A stretch of DNA of 64,000 nucleotides, from the NCBI GenBank assembly GCA_905178155.1, contig CAJINV010000015.1:643309-707308 (forward strand), read 5' to 3'. Source of the stretch: Amoebophrya sp. A120 (Eukaryota > Protista > Dinoflagellata). A program made the position numbers and the translations under genes. Below are positions 60,600 to 64,000 of this stretch, one piece after another; positions within the stretch are counted from its first letter, which is position 1, and the number at the start of each line of letters is the position of its first letter. Below the pieces are notes generated by a model. That model was given only the letters and a program-made list of their open reading frames with translations. It was not told the DNA's origin and did no database searches.

Positions 60600-61618
60600 G
60601 TTATTCAGGAAGGCGCCGGTGTTCTTGGAACTTGAGAAGCAGAGGCAGTAGGAGGCCGAAATCGCCTCCAGATCTTGTCGGCGCAGCTGTATTTAAATTT
60701 GTCTTATGTTTCCGAAACCGATACCCATGCGTGGAAACAATCTGTAAAACAATAACTGTCTGAGTCTTCTTCATTTTTAAACTATAGCGCGAAGATCATC
60801 TTCGTGTGTTCGTCACGAATAAGAGGAGCAGCGAGTTGTATACCACGACCTTGGCTCTCTTGTATAGAAACGCTCAGAAAGACGGCCCGATTTCTTTTAG
60901 GCTAGTAGACCATAACACTCATAAACTCGTCCTGCCTTCAGCATCTTGTCGTCCCTCTTTGCGACTTCTACTCATTTCTTCAACGCGATTTCTTATATGT
61001 TAATGTCCGCGACAACGAGAAGCAGCCTTTGCCTTTAATTCGTGAATAGAATTATTATTATAGGGACCACGACAAATAAGAATAACGTGGGTCAGACGCG
61101 GATAGTATCACGAAGAAGTAGAAGTAGCAGCACGACTCCGCTGGAACAGATTCCTAGTCGTGGAAGTCGTTGCGTAGAACACTATGAAGACTTCACCAGC
61201 AGGTAGCCAGGTTCTTTGCGTGCTGTGTCTGTTTTTTGTAACTAATCTTTTGCAAAATAAACTACACAGGCACGAGATTAACCTCCGCCCACACACAACT
61301 GACTGCTGCATCAGCAGCACAGGCCTCCTCAGCACCATCAAAGGCAGAATCGCTGGGGGCGGCCGCACGCTGCAATAAATTTTCCTCGCTCGTCCGGATC
61401 GCCAAGTGCCATGGCTGGGTCGAAATGCTAGCAGTTGCCGTTGTGATGAACTACGAGGGAGCGACGTGACGGCCCTCGCAGCAGATCGCCGTCGCAGAGC
61501 CTCATCGATGAGTAATGAAGCTGAGTGTGAATAAAGATGAAACTGGAGCGAGAAGCTACAGCTGTACAACCCCAACCACTCGGAGTAGACAATTAGGATT
61601 AGCACCAGGTTAGATGTA

Positions 61619-63482
61619 TTATCTTGCCTGCAGCGGATTGGTCCCGTAGCCCGACTATGAACTGCAAAAGTATCGCACTCGTATAAATGCATGACAAAGT
61701 CCCTCAGCATGAGAATTAAAATTTGTAATTCGGATTGACCTTGAGAAAAAAATTTGTAATGCATGAGTGCAATTAAGTACTACGAGTACGATACTTTTGC
61801 ACAGGATACCGACAAGCCCCCGACAACCCAGCTTTGCTCCTCGATGGGGAGTGCGCGAAAAAACTTTTCGAAAATCTGCACCCGTTGCTCGTCCAGAGAT
61901 TTCTGCGTCGGGAGCAGGACCGGAGTTGTAGAGGAGGTGCTAGAAGAAGCTCCACCTGAAGTTGATGTGCCCGCCGTACTGATCAGCCGTTGCGGTTTGT
62001 CTTTCAACTCGACAAAGTAGTACACCCACTGTTCCTATCCAGGAAAAGACACCCATCCCCATCCAATTTGTCATGCAAAACACGCATAAGTGCCAATGTT
62101 TGTCATGCAAAAAATGGATGGGGATGGGTGTTTTTCCTGGATAGTTCCGGGTACGTCACTTGCATGGATCCCTCGTCTAGAATCACGTCCTCCAAAAGTT
62201 CCATCCCACCGCGGATGTTCCTCGCCAAGTGCCTCTGGTTCGTCTGCTCCAGTTATGAGAGTTCTACTACTGCGCAACGAGGACTCCTCCGCACTTGTCG
62301 GGCATAAGCAGCAATACAAGCGTCGGCAAGACCAAGAGAATAAAGAGTGCACGTTGATTTGCATGACCACAGATTCACGCGAACAAGATCGTGGTCCTGC
62401 TTGGGCTCCTGCCAGACGAGCCTGCACCTGTCATGCAAACAGTGCCAAGAAGCAAAGACCAGCCTTAGTATAGATACTTTTGCATGACAAATGAGGGGTC
62501 CTCACAGTACCAGTTGTGCATTCTCGTACCAAAAGATCGATCAGACGGCGGATGAATTTTTCCCGCTTTGTGTCCGAATTGTTCCAAAACTCCGTGAAGA
62601 GCCGCATCCTTTGGGGGTAGGTGAGACGGTGCTTGAAAAAGTTCAACACGTCGTCGCTAACATTCTTAGTCGTCAAAAACGGATACGAACCCTCCGGAAA
62701 GGGTTTGGTGTGCTCGCTATCGAAAAAGCTGCACTTCAGCGGGTTTGTTTTAGATTTACCGGTTTGGCTTGATGAAGAAGAAGCAGAAGGAGTTGTTGAC
62801 GCGTTGCTTTTATCGTAAAGAAGTCCACCCCAACTACCGGAAGACGACGGCTGTGGTGCAGCTCCTACTTTCTTCAAAAGCTTTGGCTGGTGCGCCGCAG
62901 CAGGATCGGTTGCAAGAAGGGTATTGGTGTAGTTCGTCGGCGAAGAACTCATCGTTCCACCAGGCAACATTTTCTCGACCGCACCACCGGAACCCTTGGA
63001 GCTAGAGTTTGAGTTTTTGCCGGCTCCTGGTCCTGCTGCAGAGTTAAAATCATGCTGTCTTCTTAGTCGCACGCTGTGGTGCTGATCCTCGTCGGTTGAG
63101 TGCGATGTTGCGTCGGAATCCGAGGAGGCGCCTTCTGTATGGAGGAGGAGAAGAAAAAAACTCTATCGGAATAAAAGCACCAAATGCTTAAACATAAATC
63201 TCCGAACCAAGTATATCATAATTGCTGGTCATCATCATGACAAAACTTGATGGCCGCTACCGTCGCTTTCTTGAACAGAATAGAGACGATGCAAAAGAAC
63301 TAGGAGCAAAGAATGTTGATGAAACTCCAGTCCAGGATACAACAATCGCGCGCAAGAAAGAAGGCAGCACAGAGCATACCTGAACAATCCTTGGTGTAGT
63401 GCTTGCAACATAGCCCCTCCCCCGACGGTGGTTTTCTTCTTGGATAGATGTTCGCCCATTTCGAGTAGTCGATAGGAGGCAT
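61619..63482 (-). CDS. Hypothetical protein with an N-terminal IDYSKW motif (reminiscent of the Cdc37 N-terminus)
   Basis: MPPIDYSKWANI|GASSDSD..., ORF 62431-63072, inferred GT-AG intron at about 62245-62530, then MNQRHLARNIRGGMELLEDVILDE..YPE|QWVYYFVELKD..GLS|GYGTNPLQAR*. Confidence 0.6.
61656..61808. mobile_element. Introner family C
   Basis: TSD CCGAC. Confidence 0.9.
62036..62143. mobile_element. Introner family L (108 bp, shortest seen)
   Basis: TIR TATCCAGGAAAA.ACACCCATCCCCATCCA, TSD GTTCC. Confidence 0.92.
63138..63446. mobile_element. Degenerate introner
   Basis: TAT..ATA ends with AGAAGAAAA inverted repeat; TSD unrecognisable, but removing element plus 5 nt restores the frame. Confidence 0.65.
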
Positions 63483-64000
63483 TGTCAAGAAGAGCCGCGT
63501 GCTCTTGCCGTACCACTATTCAAGTTCAGCTGTTGTACCACTGTTTAAGTCCACAAAATAAAGGTCGAGTACGTCAACGTGGTGAGATGTTGAAGAAAAT
63601 CGATTTATAGGCAACCCTAAAATACAAGTAATAGAAGAAGTGTTGTCTTGTCTTCACGGATCAACGCAGAAAGATGAAAAATTTATAGTATATAGAATTG
63701 CATTCGCTTCAAATTCAACTTGGTTGTTAACGTTGGTGATGGTTGTGATGGTGGCCCTGACGCGAGTACTACATGAGCAAGAAAAGCATGATAGAGACAA
63801 TTATGGCCTCATCAGTAGCGCAGCAAAACAACGATAAAAGCAACTACCTCAACGCCAACTACTGCGACAAAAATACAGTTGATCTTCTCCATGCTGTATA
63901 CTTTCATTGAAGAACCAGATCCTCAGCGTAGCTGTCGCGGGGCCCAAACAAGTGAAGTGATCAGCGTCTTCAAAATTATTGAAAAGTAGCTCTACAGGTA

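Noticed and set aside
63440-63482. Calling the last gene CDC37
   Set aside because: Only the short DYSKW motif matches; the rest does not resemble Cdc37, and the motif occurs in other proteins.

Overview
Eukaryotic protist DNA whose architecture matches the introner-rich genomes described for the parasitic dinoflagellate Amoebophrya (Syndiniales); the organism is inferred, not verified. All seven genes I can reconstruct lie on the minus strand: a partial hypothetical gene, CFAP52/WDR16, a low-complexity putative secreted protein, a NUDT5-like ADP-ribose pyrophosphatase, a giant orphan gene, a Pro/Tyr-rich membrane protein, and a DYSKW-motif protein. The dominant signal is about 80 non-canonical introns that are non-autonomous DNA-transposon-like elements. 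More than 10 sequence families share one grammar: TAT...ATA termini, terminal inverted repeats (TIRs), a 5-bp target-site duplication (TSD) and arrays of a GCATNACAAA motif. Removing each element plus one TSD copy by hand joins all fragments between 57014 and 21152 into one open frame of about 6,300 aa with 60 introns (58 introner-type, 2 GT-AG). Other highlights are an introner holding both a solo LTR and a 796-bp TIR element, a 566-bp fully fold-back intron, a decayed introner that became a GT-AG intron, and a structured insertion with a compensatory base-pair change. All splicing is inferred from frame restoration; no RNA data were available. Family letters A-L are my own labels.
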